A stretch of 64,000 bases of DNA from Gammaproteobacteria bacterium (GCA_035513215.1 DATKCK010000015.1:27682-91681); one strand, 5' to 3'; shown: positions 31,587 to 40,949, numbered from the stretch's first letter. The notes: generated by a model not told the origin, from the sequence alone. A program made the numbers and translations.

Positions 31587-32035
31587 ACGTAGTTCTCGAT
31601 CCCCATCCGCTCGATCAGATCGAACTGAGCTTCGAGGAAGTCGATGTGCTCCTCCTCGCTGTCGAGTATCGACCGGAGCAGCTCGCGCGACACGTAGTCG
31701 GCTTCCCGCTCGCAAATCGCAATGCCTTCCCTGAGCGCTGGCAGGGCCTCCTGCTCGAGCTTCAGGTCGCATTCGAGGATCTCGCGCACGTCCTCGCCGA
31801 TCAGAAGCTTGCCGAGATCCTGTAGATTCGGCAGCCCGTCGAGGAACAGAATGCGCTCGACGAGCTCGTCGGCGTGCTTCATCTCGTCGATCGATTCCTT
31901 GTACTCGAACTCGCCGAGCCGGTCGATGCCCCAGTGCCTGAGCATGCGCGAATGGAGCAGATACTGATTGATCGCAATCAGCTCGTTGTAGAGGGCGCGA
32001 TTGAGCGTCTCGATGACGGCCGGACTGCCTTTCAT
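31556..32035 (-). CDS. bfr: Bacterioferritin
   Basis: MKG...ELIAINQY.LH, ESIDEMKHAD (heme Met), LDGLPNLQ, EEEHIDFLE; ATG 32035 overlaps the upstream stop (ATGA). Confidence 0.96.
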   Translation of the reverse strand: MKGSPAVIETLNRALYNELIAINQYLLHSRMLRHWGIDRLGEFEYKESIDEMKHADELVERILFLDGLPNLQDLGKLLIGEDVREILECDLKLEQEALPALREGIAICEREADYVSRELLRSILDSEEEHIDFLEAQFDLIERMGIENYVQLQSSPAGD

Positions 32036-33534
32036 TGGGAATCCTCGAGCAGTTGTTCGATCAGGGCGACGGTGCTTTCGTGAACGCGTCCCTCGCCCCC
32101 CGTGAAGCCGAAGCCGCCGGCCAGGCCGCGCGCCGTGTCGAGCGGCGTGAAACCGTCTGCGTCGGCCAACGTCGGATCCGCGCCGCGCTCGACGAGTGCC
32201 GCGACGACCATGTCGTAGCCCTGGAGGGCCGCGCCGTGCAGCGCCGTCCGTCCGCCGCGGTCGGTGGCGTTGATGTCCAGACCCTGCGCAAGCATGATGT
32301 CGATCGTCTCGATGATGTCGTCCTCGCTTTTGAAGCGGCCGGTCGTGTCCTGTTCCGCATTGCCGACGCCCGCCGCGACCATCAACGCGTCGACGTCGTT
32401 GCGCGTCGTCAGGCTGGCGTCGGCGCCATGCTCGAGCAGCAATTCGATTGCCGCAACGTCGGCGGATTTCGCGGCCCGAATCAACGCCGTCGTCCCGGCC
32501 GTCAGCACAGTGTCGTTGCCGCGATCGAGCTTGGCGCGATAGGGTGCTTGGCGCGTTAGCTGCGCGTTCGGGTCGGCTCCGTTCTCGAGCGCGAGCCGCA
32601 TCACGTCGAGCGCCGAATGCTCGTTTGGCAACACGTCCGGCGCCGGGCGGTTCGACATCGGCATCGTGTTGAAGTCGGCCGCCGCGTACAGTGCGCCGCG
32701 GCCGGTGTAATCGTAGAGATTGGGGTCGGTGCCGGCTTCGAGCACGGCGATGGCGGTGTCGTAATAGCCGTTGATCAGGGCCAGGACGACGGCGCTGATC
32801 GCTTCGGCCGTCGTCTGGTTCACGTTGGCGCCGGCTTCCGCGAGAGCGGTCACGCAGGCCGTGCAGCCCTCCCGCGCCGCGTAGAGCAGTGCCGAAAATC
32901 CGCCGGGAGGCAGCCACTTGTCGCGCGGCTCGTCCGATCGCTGCCGCTCCCATTCCTTGAGGTCCGAGATCGCGTTGACGTCGGCGCCTGCCGCGATGAG
33001 CCGCTCGACCATGGCGGCATGGCCTTCGGCGGCAGCCCACATCAGGGCAGTCTGTCCGTGCCAGTCCTCGCGCGCATTGACGTCGGCGCCGTGTGCGAGC
33101 AACACGTCGGCCGCGGCGACGACGCCGGTCTGCGCGATGGTCATCAGCACGGTCTCGCCTTCGCGGCCGACCACGTTCGCATCGGCGCCGGCATCGAGCA
33201 GGCGCTCGATCATGCCGGCGCTGCCGTTCAGGGCCGCGAGGTAGAGCGGCGTCACGCCGTAGCGGTTCGCGGCCGTGGCATCGGCACCGGCCTCGAGCAG
33301 GCGCTCGGCGAGCTCGATGTCGTCGAAGCGCACGGCCCAGTGCAGCGCCGTCGTGCCGTCGGCTTCGGTTGCCGTGACGTCGGCCTCGTCGGCAATCAGG
33401 CCAAGGGCCTGGGCGCGGTCACCGTCCTTCGCGGCCGCGATCAGCGGAGCGATGTCGGCGGCCGAGGCGAGGCCGCAGGAAAGAAGGAGCAGGACTGCGC
33501 CGGCGCCGAGCCGTCCCGTCAGCGAGAAGCCCAT
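32032..33534 (-). CDS. Exported ankyrin-repeat protein
   Basis: Signal peptide; repeated G.TALHWA / G.TPLYLAA / GQTALMWAA...LL..GADVN units. Confidence 0.9.
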   Translation of the reverse strand: MGFSLTGRLGAGAVLLLLSCGLASAADIAPLIAAAKDGDRAQALGLIADEADVTATEADGTTALHWAVRFDDIELAERLLEAGADATAANRYGVTPLYLAALNGSAGMIERLLDAGADANVVGREGETVLMTIAQTGVVAAADVLLAHGADVNAREDWHGQTALMWAAAEGHAAMVERLIAAGADVNAISDLKEWERQRSDEPRDKWLPPGGFSALLYAAREGCTACVTALAEAGANVNQTTAEAISAVVLALINGYYDTAIAVLEAGTDPNLYDYTGRGALYAAADFNTMPMSNRPAPDVLPNEHSALDVMRLALENGADPNAQLTRQAPYRAKLDRGNDTVLTAGTTALIRAAKSADVAAIELLLEHGADASLTTRNDVDALMVAAGVGNAEQDTTGRFKSEDDIIETIDIMLAQGLDINATDRGGRTALHGAALQGYDMVVAALVERGADPTLADADGFTPLDTARGLAGGFGFTGGEGRVHESTVALIEQLLEDSQ

Positions 33535-33535
33535 A

Positions 33536-34858
33536 TCAGACGCCGGCGATCGTGCCCGTGCTGTCGCCGAGCGTCTCGATCGGAACGTCGGCCTTGTGCA
33601 GCATCGTCAGGATCAGGTTCGTCATCGGCGTGTGATCGACTTCCTTGATATGTTGACCGCCGGCGTGGCGCCCGCGCGCGCCGCCGACGAGGACGTTCGG
33701 CAGCGGAAAGTGATCGTGCGCATTGGAGTTGCTCATGTTGCTGCCGTAGAGCAGCAGGCTCGAGTCGAGCAGGCTGCCGTCGCCGTCCGGCGTCGAATCG
33801 AGCTTCTCGAGGAAGCGCGAGAACAGGCTCACGTGATAGCCTTGAACGCGCGCATTCCAGTCGAGCTTCTCGGGACGATTGGCATGGTGCGAGACGGCGT
33901 GATGGCCCTCCGAGACGCCGACCTGCGGGTAGGTCCGGTTGCTGATCTCGCGCGCCATCATGAACGTGAAGACACGCGTGATGTCGGCTTCGTAAGCGAG
34001 CTTGATCAGGTCGAACATCATGTCGACATGCTCTTCGTAGACGAAGGGTATGCCGGCCGGCGCTTCGGGGATCGCGAGATCGGGATTGTGCGTGAGCTGG
34101 TCTTCCGCGCGCTCGAGCCGGCGCTCGATCTCGCGGACGCTGTCGAGGTAGAGGTCGAGCTTGGCCTGATCGTGCGCGCCGAGCGTTGCCTTCAGGTCCG
34201 TCGCCTGCCCGCCTAGCGTATCGAGAATGCTGCGGTCTTCGTTCTGCCGGCGCATCCTGGCCTCGACGCTGCCGCCCGCGCCGAACATGCGCTCGAAGAC
34301 CTTGCGTGGATTGATCTCCATCGGCATCGGCGTCGTCGGTGTGCGCCAGGACAGCGTATTCATATATATGCAGCCGAAATCGCGGTCGCAGGCGCCGATC
34401 AGGCCCGAATGGTCCTCGGTGGCGAGCTCCATCGACGGCAGGATCGTATCCTGGCCGATGTACTGTGCCGCAATCTGGTCGGCCGTCACGCCGGCGTAGG
34501 CATCGACGCCCTGCGTCGGTTTCGGCCTGACGCCGCTGAGCCAGGTCGTCGGGCTCAGGCTGTGAACGGCGGTCGAGTCCGCCGCGCGATGGTGCAGGCC
34601 GCTGACGATGCTGAGCCTGTCGCGATAAGGCTCGAGCAGCGCAAGGATATCCTTGAATTCGAAACCGCGGCCCGTGGTGTCGGGTGTCCAGCGGTTCATG
34701 ATCGCGCCGTGCGGGAAATAGATGAATCCGAGTCTCGGTCCCGGTGCCTGAACCTGGCCGAAAGCGGGGACCATCGCATCGAGCAGGGGCAGTGCGAGCG
34801 TCGCGCCGGCGCCGCGGAGGAACGTTCGTCGGGGCAGGTGCTTCTTGGCGATGAACAT
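33536..34858 (-). CDS. DUF1552-like protein with Tat signal
   Basis: LPRRTFLRGAGATLALPLLDAM; RLGFIYFPHG; TADQIAA; LSWRTPT..P.E.NPR.VFERMFG; D.TRV.T; HH..SHH; start ATG 34858. Confidence 0.85.
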   Translation of the reverse strand: MFIAKKHLPRRTFLRGAGATLALPLLDAMVPAFGQVQAPGPRLGFIYFPHGAIMNRWTPDTTGRGFEFKDILALLEPYRDRLSIVSGLHHRAADSTAVHSLSPTTWLSGVRPKPTQGVDAYAGVTADQIAAQYIGQDTILPSMELATEDHSGLIGACDRDFGCIYMNTLSWRTPTTPMPMEINPRKVFERMFGAGGSVEARMRRQNEDRSILDTLGGQATDLKATLGAHDQAKLDLYLDSVREIERRLERAEDQLTHNPDLAIPEAPAGIPFVYEEHVDMMFDLIKLAYEADITRVFTFMMAREISNRTYPQVGVSEGHHAVSHHANRPEKLDWNARVQGYHVSLFSRFLEKLDSTPDGDGSLLDSSLLLYGSNMSNSNAHDHFPLPNVLVGGARGRHAGGQHIKEVDHTPMTNLILTMLHKADVPIETLGDSTGTIAGV

Positions 34859-35140
34859 TGCGATGAGGCCTCCCGATCGCTTCGACACGGTGCCGTTTGC
34901 GCGTCACCGGATCGTGCAAAATGACAGTCGACAATTAAACCAAATCGCCCCTGTATCAGCAATGGATTCAGTCTAAAATGCGTACGATTCGCATGCGCAT
35001 TTGCGCGTGCTCGCCGCGCGGGAACGTCAACTTGCGGCGCGTCAGGGCTTGATCTGACAATAACAGGACTGCGAGGGGGGGATACGGGTTGAGACGCGCG
35101 ATTCGATGCGCGACAGAGCCGATTCGCGATGGGAGATCTC

Positions 35141-37027
35141 ATGTTGAAGGGAAATGCACTGGCGCTGAGCCTGATCCTGCTCGCGCCGCTGACGGCGCCG
35201 GCGCAGCAAAGCGAAGGCGAGCTGATCTATCAGGCCCTGTGCGCGGCCTGCCACAACGAGCCGCCCGACGAGACAACGCCACGCATCGATGCGCTGCGGC
35301 AGCTCGATGCCAACACGATCGTCGACTCGCTGGCCTCCGGCACGATGCGCCTGCAGGGTCAGGCGATGAATCCAGAGCAGCGCGTTCAGGTCGCCGAGTA
35401 CATCGCCGGCGCGCCGATCGCGGCGCGCGTTACCCGGTTCGACCGCGGGCAATGCGAACGAGCGCCGGGTCTTCCCGACCTGACGGCCGGCACAATCTGG
35501 AACGGCTGGGGTCCCGACGCGTCGAACTCGCGCTACCAGGCGGCGGCTGGCATCGTGCCGGGCGACGTGGCGAAGCTCGAGCTCAAATGGGCGTTCGGCA
35601 TCCCGAATACGCAGCAGTCGCGCTCGCAGCCGGCCGTCGTCGGTGGCCGGCTCTTCATGGGCAGCCAGTCGGGCGCCGTCTATGCGCTCGATGCCGAGAC
35701 CGGATGCCTCTTCTGGACGTTCGATGCCGAGACCTGGGTCAGAACGGCGATCTCGGTCGGTCCGGGTCCCGGCGGTTATGCAATCTATTTCACCGATGCG
35801 GCGGCGAAGGCTTACGCGGTCGATGCGCAGACCGGGCAGCTCATCTGGTCGCGCCAGATCGACGATCACCCGGGGCGTCGCGGCACGGGCTCGCCGACAC
35901 TTTACGACGGCGTGCTCTATGTCCCGGTCTCGGGTGTCTCCGAGGAGACGGCCGCCTCGAATCCCGACTACGAATGCTGCACGTTTCGCGGCAGCCTGAC
36001 GGCGCTCGACGCCGTGACAGGCGAGGTCATCTGGAAGACCTACACCGTCCCCGAGCCCGAGCGCCGCGGTACGAGCACGACCGGCAAGCCGCTCTGGGGA
36101 CCCTCGGGGTCGCCGATCTGGAGCGCGCCGACGATCGATGAGAAACGCGGATTGATCTATGCGGCGACCGGCAACGGCTATGCCGACCCGCCCGTCGAAA
36201 CCTCCGATGCCATCCTCGCTTTCTCGATGGCGACGGGCGAAATCGCCTGGATCAACCAGGTCATGGGTCCCGACACCTGGATCATGGGCTGCGGCGGCGA
36301 TGCGCCGGTCGGCGGACGAGGCGGTCGCGGCCGCGGCGGCCCGCCGGGCGCAGGCGGGGGTGGCGGCGGCCCGGGAGGCGTGGCTCAGGCGCCAAACCCC
36401 AACTGTCCCGACGACGTCGGGCCCGATTTCGATTTCTCGGCCTCGCCGATCCTGACGACGCTCGCCGACGGCACCGACGTCCTGATCGCGACGCAAAAGG
36501 CGGGGCTTGGTTTTGCGCTCGATCCGGACGACGAAGGGCGCACGCTCTGGACCTATCGCTGGGGGCAGGGCAGTCCCGTCGGCGGCGTCTGGGGCGCGAC
36601 GACGGACGGCGAGCGTGCCTACTTCGCCGTGGCCGATCAGTTCACCGAGAACCCGGGCGGCGTGCATGGCGTCGATATCGCCACGGGCGAGCGCATCTGG
36701 TTCTCCGAGCCCGCGGCTCCTCTTTGCGGAGGCGGGCAGGGCTGCAGCTCGGCGCAATCGGCCGCGCTGACGTCGATTCCCGGCGTCGTCTTCGCGGGCG
36801 CCGCCGATGGCGGCATTCGCGCGCACGCTGCGTCGACCGGCCGCGTCATCTGGTCATTCGACACGAACGGCGACTTCGATACCGTCAACGGGATTCCCGC
36901 GAGCGGCGGCTCGATGGATGGGCCCGGACCCGTCGTCTCGGGCGGCATGCTCTATGTCACGTCGGGCAACGGCGGGATCGTGGGGACGCCGGGGAATGTG
37001 TTGCTGGCGTTCGGAGTTGAGGAGTAA
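35141..37027 (+). CDS. Quinohemoprotein, polyvinyl-alcohol-dehydrogenase-like (cytochrome c plus PQQ beta-propeller)
   Basis: Signal peptide; CAACH; WNGWG....NSRYQ; L.LKWAF; ECCTFRGS; GPDFDF; GGSMDGPGP; GGAG SD before ATG 35141. Confidence 0.88.
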   Translation: MLKGNALALSLILLAPLTAPAQQSEGELIYQALCAACHNEPPDETTPRIDALRQLDANTIVDSLASGTMRLQGQAMNPEQRVQVAEYIAGAPIAARVTRFDRGQCERAPGLPDLTAGTIWNGWGPDASNSRYQAAAGIVPGDVAKLELKWAFGIPNTQQSRSQPAVVGGRLFMGSQSGAVYALDAETGCLFWTFDAETWVRTAISVGPGPGGYAIYFTDAAAKAYAVDAQTGQLIWSRQIDDHPGRRGTGSPTLYDGVLYVPVSGVSEETAASNPDYECCTFRGSLTALDAVTGEVIWKTYTVPEPERRGTSTTGKPLWGPSGSPIWSAPTIDEKRGLIYAATGNGYADPPVETSDAILAFSMATGEIAWINQVMGPDTWIMGCGGDAPVGGRGGRGRGGPPGAGGGGGGPGGVAQAPNPNCPDDVGPDFDFSASPILTTLADGTDVLIATQKAGLGFALDPDDEGRTLWTYRWGQGSPVGGVWGATTDGERAYFAVADQFTENPGGVHGVDIATGERIWFSEPAAPLCGGGQGCSSAQSAALTSIPGVVFAGAADGGIRAHAASTGRVIWSFDTNGDFDTVNGIPASGGSMDGPGPVVSGGMLYVTSGNGGIVGTPGNVLLAFGVEE

Positions 37028-37108
37028 AAGGCCCGTCACCGGATTCCCCTGGCTGGACCTTGTAAGGCAGACTTCGCGGAAGCAGACAACAAACGCGTCC
37101 GAAGCCGA

Positions 37109-39325
37109 CTACAGGCAGCTATTCAACCCGTCGATCCAGCTCTCGAGCAGCGCGACCCCGGCGCTATCGACGAGGCTCGATGCCAGGGGCGGCATGCCGT
37201 TCACGTCGCGGCGGCTCATGCGCCCGACGAGGACGGATTGCCCCGCGTTGCCGGGCGCGATGATCCTGGCCGCGCCGCCGAGTCCGAGATCGCCGTTCTG
37301 CGGCGGCGCGTCGCAGGCGTTCGTCTGGGCTAGCGTCGCCCGGAATCTGAGATCGAGATCGCTCGGCGCGGGCCCGTTGGGCCTGTGACATTGCGCGCAG
37401 TTCGTGTGCAGGTAGGAGCGCGCGCGATCGGCTAACGATTCCGCGGAATCGAACGGATCGACGAGACTATCGAGCGTCGACGGATCGCCGACGAGGCCGT
37501 CGAGCACGAAGACGTCGTCGAGCGTTGCGAGCTGATTGGCGGTGCGTCCGGTGCTCGGATAGGTCGCATTGCCGTTGAGCTGAAGCGTTTCGAGGCCGAG
37601 CGTGTTCCCGGCCGCCGCCGTATGGCAGACATTGCACTGCGCCGTGCTCGGAAAGATCCAGTCCTGGCCCTGGACGTTCTCGACGGCGCCGCCCTCGGCG
37701 AGAACGCCGTCACCGAGCTGATCGTCCCACTGGTAACTGTAGCCGGTCCAGACACCGTCCGGATGGTGCATCAGGACTCTCGTCTCGATCAGGTCGCCAC
37801 CGAGATGAAACTGCTTGACGAGGATGGAGCCCGGCGGAAAGGTGAAGTCGCCGTCCGCCTCCAGCTCGATGTCGGTGCCGTTCGGAATCGCGAGCCAGCG
37901 GGTCTTGTCGGCGCCGTCGGACCAGAACGGCGCCGTCACGGTATACGGAATCAGGCCGCTGCCCGGCTGGCTCGCATCCGTGGCGGCCATGCATCCCGTA
38001 TCGGACAGCAGAGCAGGCACGGGGCTCGGATTCGATCCGAAGGGGCCTGGCACGATCTTGTAGAGACCGCCGCCGCCGATGTCGACGAGATAGAGCTCGT
38101 TGTCGTTGCCCTGGCCGAACGACGCGATCGCGAGACTCGTGTCGATCAGAAGCTCGTCGGTCAGCCCACCCGCGCCGTCGTCGACGAGCCGCCAGAACCG
38201 ACCGCTGCCGAAGTCGGCGAAGAGATAGCTGCCAGCGAGCCCGGGCAGCGCAGCGCCGCGATAGACGTAGCCGCCCGTTACCGAGACGCCTTCGCTGCGC
38301 GGGTACTCGTGCACGGGATCGATGAGGTTCGTCGCCGTCGCGCAGCTTGCGGCCGACGAGCCGAAATCGTGGGCGCCTTCGCGGCAGTCCCAGCCGTAAT
38401 TGCCGCCGAGCTCGATCAGATCGATCTCCTCGAAGCTGCCCTGCCCGACGTCGCCCGCCCAGAGATCGCCGGTCGCCGTGTCGAACGTCCAACGCCAGGG
38501 GTTGCGCAGGCCCCAGGCGAAGATCTCGGGACAGTTGTTAGTCAGCATGTCGGGGTCGGCAGGGCAGGCCGCGCCGCCGGCAAACGGATTGTCGGGCGGG
38601 ATCGCGTAGGGCGTGCCGCCGTCGACATCGATGCGCAGCATAGCGCCGAGCAGATTTCGCGTTTCCTGCGCGCGGCTATTCGGGTCGCCGCTCGACCCGC
38701 CGTCGCCGAAGCCGATGTAGAGGTGCCCGTCGGGACCGAAAGCGATGTTGCCGCCGTTGTGATTCGAGAAATCCTGCTCGAGCCTCAGAATGTCCTCGCG
38801 GCTCCCCGCATTGAGCGTCTCACCGCCGGCATTGACGTCGAATCGCGCAATGATCGAGGTCAGGGGAGAGCCCGAGTCGGTCCACGACAGGAAGACTTCG
38901 CCGTTCACCTCGAAGTCCGGGTGAAACCCCATGCCGAGAAGACCGCCTTCGCCGCTAGCGCTGAAATTGGTAATCGCATTGAGATCGATGAAATCTGGCA
39001 GAAAGCTCGTCGTGTCCGGGTCGTCGGCGAAGACGCGAACGCGCCCGCCTTTCTCGAGCACGAACCAGCGGTTCGAGTCGCCCGGCGCCTGAAGCATGGC
39101 CAGCGGCTGACTGAAGCTCAAGCTTTCGAACTCGCGCTCGATCTCGACGTCGATGCTGCCGGTCTCACGGTCAGGCGCGACGCAGGTCAGATTGCTCGGC
39201 CGGGCATCGAGCCCGAACTGACCCGACGGGGGCGGCGGCACAGGCGGCTCGGGCGTCGGGTTATCCGACGAGCCGCCGCAGCCGGCGACGGCGATTGCGA
39301 AGCTCAAGGGAATGTAAATACGCAT
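37109..39325 (-). CDS. Lipoprotein: glucose/sorbosone dehydrogenase-type propeller fused to a diheme cytochrome c domain (SO2930-like)
   Basis: Lipobox VAGC; EGGLLGMGFHP, NHNGG.I.FGPDG.LY...GDGG, WGLRNPWR, NYGW; C-terminal SDGA.K.R, ETR, CNVCH and CAQCH, MPPL. Confidence 0.85.
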   Translation of the reverse strand: MRIYIPLSFAIAVAGCGGSSDNPTPEPPVPPPPSGQFGLDARPSNLTCVAPDRETGSIDVEIEREFESLSFSQPLAMLQAPGDSNRWFVLEKGGRVRVFADDPDTTSFLPDFIDLNAITNFSASGEGGLLGMGFHPDFEVNGEVFLSWTDSGSPLTSIIARFDVNAGGETLNAGSREDILRLEQDFSNHNGGNIAFGPDGHLYIGFGDGGSSGDPNSRAQETRNLLGAMLRIDVDGGTPYAIPPDNPFAGGAACPADPDMLTNNCPEIFAWGLRNPWRWTFDTATGDLWAGDVGQGSFEEIDLIELGGNYGWDCREGAHDFGSSAASCATATNLIDPVHEYPRSEGVSVTGGYVYRGAALPGLAGSYLFADFGSGRFWRLVDDGAGGLTDELLIDTSLAIASFGQGNDNELYLVDIGGGGLYKIVPGPFGSNPSPVPALLSDTGCMAATDASQPGSGLIPYTVTAPFWSDGADKTRWLAIPNGTDIELEADGDFTFPPGSILVKQFHLGGDLIETRVLMHHPDGVWTGYSYQWDDQLGDGVLAEGGAVENVQGQDWIFPSTAQCNVCHTAAAGNTLGLETLQLNGNATYPSTGRTANQLATLDDVFVLDGLVGDPSTLDSLVDPFDSAESLADRARSYLHTNCAQCHRPNGPAPSDLDLRFRATLAQTNACDAPPQNGDLGLGGAARIIAPGNAGQSVLVGRMSRRDVNGMPPLASSLVDSAGVALLESWIDGLNSCL

Positions 39326-39411
39326 GGAACGCGGCGCAGTGAGACGTCGATTCATCCTGACAGATTCGTGGGCCCGTTCAAGCGGGATTTCGGTCGCAAT
39401 TCACCGACAGA

Positions 39412-40386
39412 TCAGCGTGCCGAAGCGTGTTCCTCGCGGAACCGTCTTTGGCTCCAGAAGTACTGCGCCGGGCATCTGCGTATCGCGTTCTCGAGAATCG
39501 ACACCATTCGTTTCGTATCTTGAACGACATCATCCGTCGGAAAATCCTCGAGAGCCGGCTCGAACTCGATTATGTAACCGGACTCGTCGGATCTTCGACG
39601 AAAGTGGAGCGGCACGACTTCCGCCCCGCTGAGTCGCGCCAGTCGCGCTGTCGCCGTGCTCATCAGAACCGGGGCACCGAAGAATTCGATTCGGGCGGCC
39701 GACTGCTCGGAGAAGGATTCGTCTGCGGCAAACCAGACGGCGCCATTGTTCCTGAGGCTTCTGACGATCGCCCTGACCGCGCCTTTCGGGTAAGTCTCGT
39801 CAGCGTAGCGCTCGCGGCGTCTGCGTTGGATTTCGTTCAGGAGCCGGCTGCGGCGCTTGTTGTAGACAAGTGTGTATCTCGGCACGTAGTCCTTGATGAC
39901 TGGCCCGCAGATCTCGAAGGGCGTGAAGTGACCGGCGGCGAGAATCACGCCTTTGCCCTTCGCCAGAGCACGTTCGAGGTGCTCGATGCCTTCGACCTCG
40001 ACCAGTGTGCGCAGACGCTTCCCGGAAGCGAACCAGGCCATCGCGATCTCGGCAACGACGGCACCCATGTTGGCAGCGAAGTCCGCAGCGATCTCGTCGC
40101 GCTCGCGACTCGAGAGCTCGGGAAAGCAGAGCTCGAGGTTGCTCCGAACGAGCTTCATCCGGCTGCGCGACCTGGCCCCCAATTGTCTCCCGAGCCACTT
40201 GTGCAGCGCGATCGATTGGCGCCAGGGCAGGCACGCGACGATTCTGAGCCATGCGATGAACAGCCAGACGCGCCAATAGCGCGGCCCCCAGAACTTCCAC
40301 AGCGATACGGCGACGTCCGAGGAGTCCGATCGCGCGTCGCCGCCGAAAAAACCGGAAGAGCGTCGCTGACGGGGCCTGGATCTCAC
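39412..40386 (-). CDS. lpxL: Lipid A late acyltransferase (LpxL/HtrB family)
   Basis: N-terminal TM, NLELCFPE, GVIL..GHF..FE, FFG, Y.W..RRF. Confidence 0.8.
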   Translation of the reverse strand: MRSRPRQRRSSGFFGGDARSDSSDVAVSLWKFWGPRYWRVWLFIAWLRIVACLPWRQSIALHKWLGRQLGARSRSRMKLVRSNLELCFPELSSRERDEIAADFAANMGAVVAEIAMAWFASGKRLRTLVEVEGIEHLERALAKGKGVILAAGHFTPFEICGPVIKDYVPRYTLVYNKRRSRLLNEIQRRRRERYADETYPKGAVRAIVRSLRNNGAVWFAADESFSEQSAARIEFFGAPVLMSTATARLARLSGAEVVPLHFRRRSDESGYIIEFEPALEDFPTDDVVQDTKRMVSILENAIRRCPAQYFWSQRRFREEHASAR

Positions 40387-40767
40387 TCAGCCTTTCCTCT
40401 GCAGCTCATCCCGCGTATCGAACCATGGGATGCGCTCGGAATGGAAGACGTGCGTTTCGGGGGAGAACGCCTCCGGCTCGTCGAAGACGTTGAGATAGAT
40501 GTCGATCTCGTTCGCCCGCTTTTCCGTTTCGTAGGCGATCGGCGTGCCGCAGCGGTCGCAGAAGGATCGACGGACGCCGGGCGAGGACTCGAAGACGGAC
40601 GGTTCCCGGCGAAAGACGACGTCGCCCCTGGCGAAGTTGACGAAGCAGGCGACGGGCGAGCCCGTGTGCCGCCGGCAGCTCGCGCAGTGGCAATAGGCGA
40701 CCCAGCTCGGCGTACCGTTCGCTTCGAATTCGATGTTGCCGCAAAGGCAATGGCCGTGAGCCGTCAT
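40387..40767 (-). CDS. GFA / CENP-V family Zn protein
   Basis: GHCLCG, CHC.SCRR.TG, RSFCDRCGT, P..H; start ATG 40767. Confidence 0.9.
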   Translation of the reverse strand: MTAHGHCLCGNIEFEANGTPSWVAYCHCASCRRHTGSPVACFVNFARGDVVFRREPSVFESSPGVRRSFCDRCGTPIAYETEKRANEIDIYLNVFDEPEAFSPETHVFHSERIPWFDTRDELQRKG

Positions 40768-40884
40768 GCTGCTCCCGCTTTCCCATCGAGTCTCGACAGC
40801 ATACGTTTCAGCGCCACCTGCCGGTAGCTCTGCTCGATCAGCGCTTCGACGAGCTTCCAATCCAGCGGCCCGTCCGCCCACAAG
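40764..40884 (-). pseudogene. 3' remnant of an MmcQ/YjbR-family gene
   Basis: Hand translation LWADGPLDWKLVEALIEQSYRQVALKRMLSRLDG resembles the YjbR C-terminus; stop overlaps the GFA start (ATGA); upstream sequence is abruptly AT-rich. Confidence 0.6.
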
Positions 40885-40949
40885 CTAGAAATTACTTTAT
40901 CTTGTACTTTCAATAGCGTATCGCTATCTCTTCTCATCGATTCGAAGAA

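Noticed and set aside
35049-35062. TTGAT-ctga-CAATA as an FNR/FixK box
   Set aside because: The right half-site does not match ATCAA.
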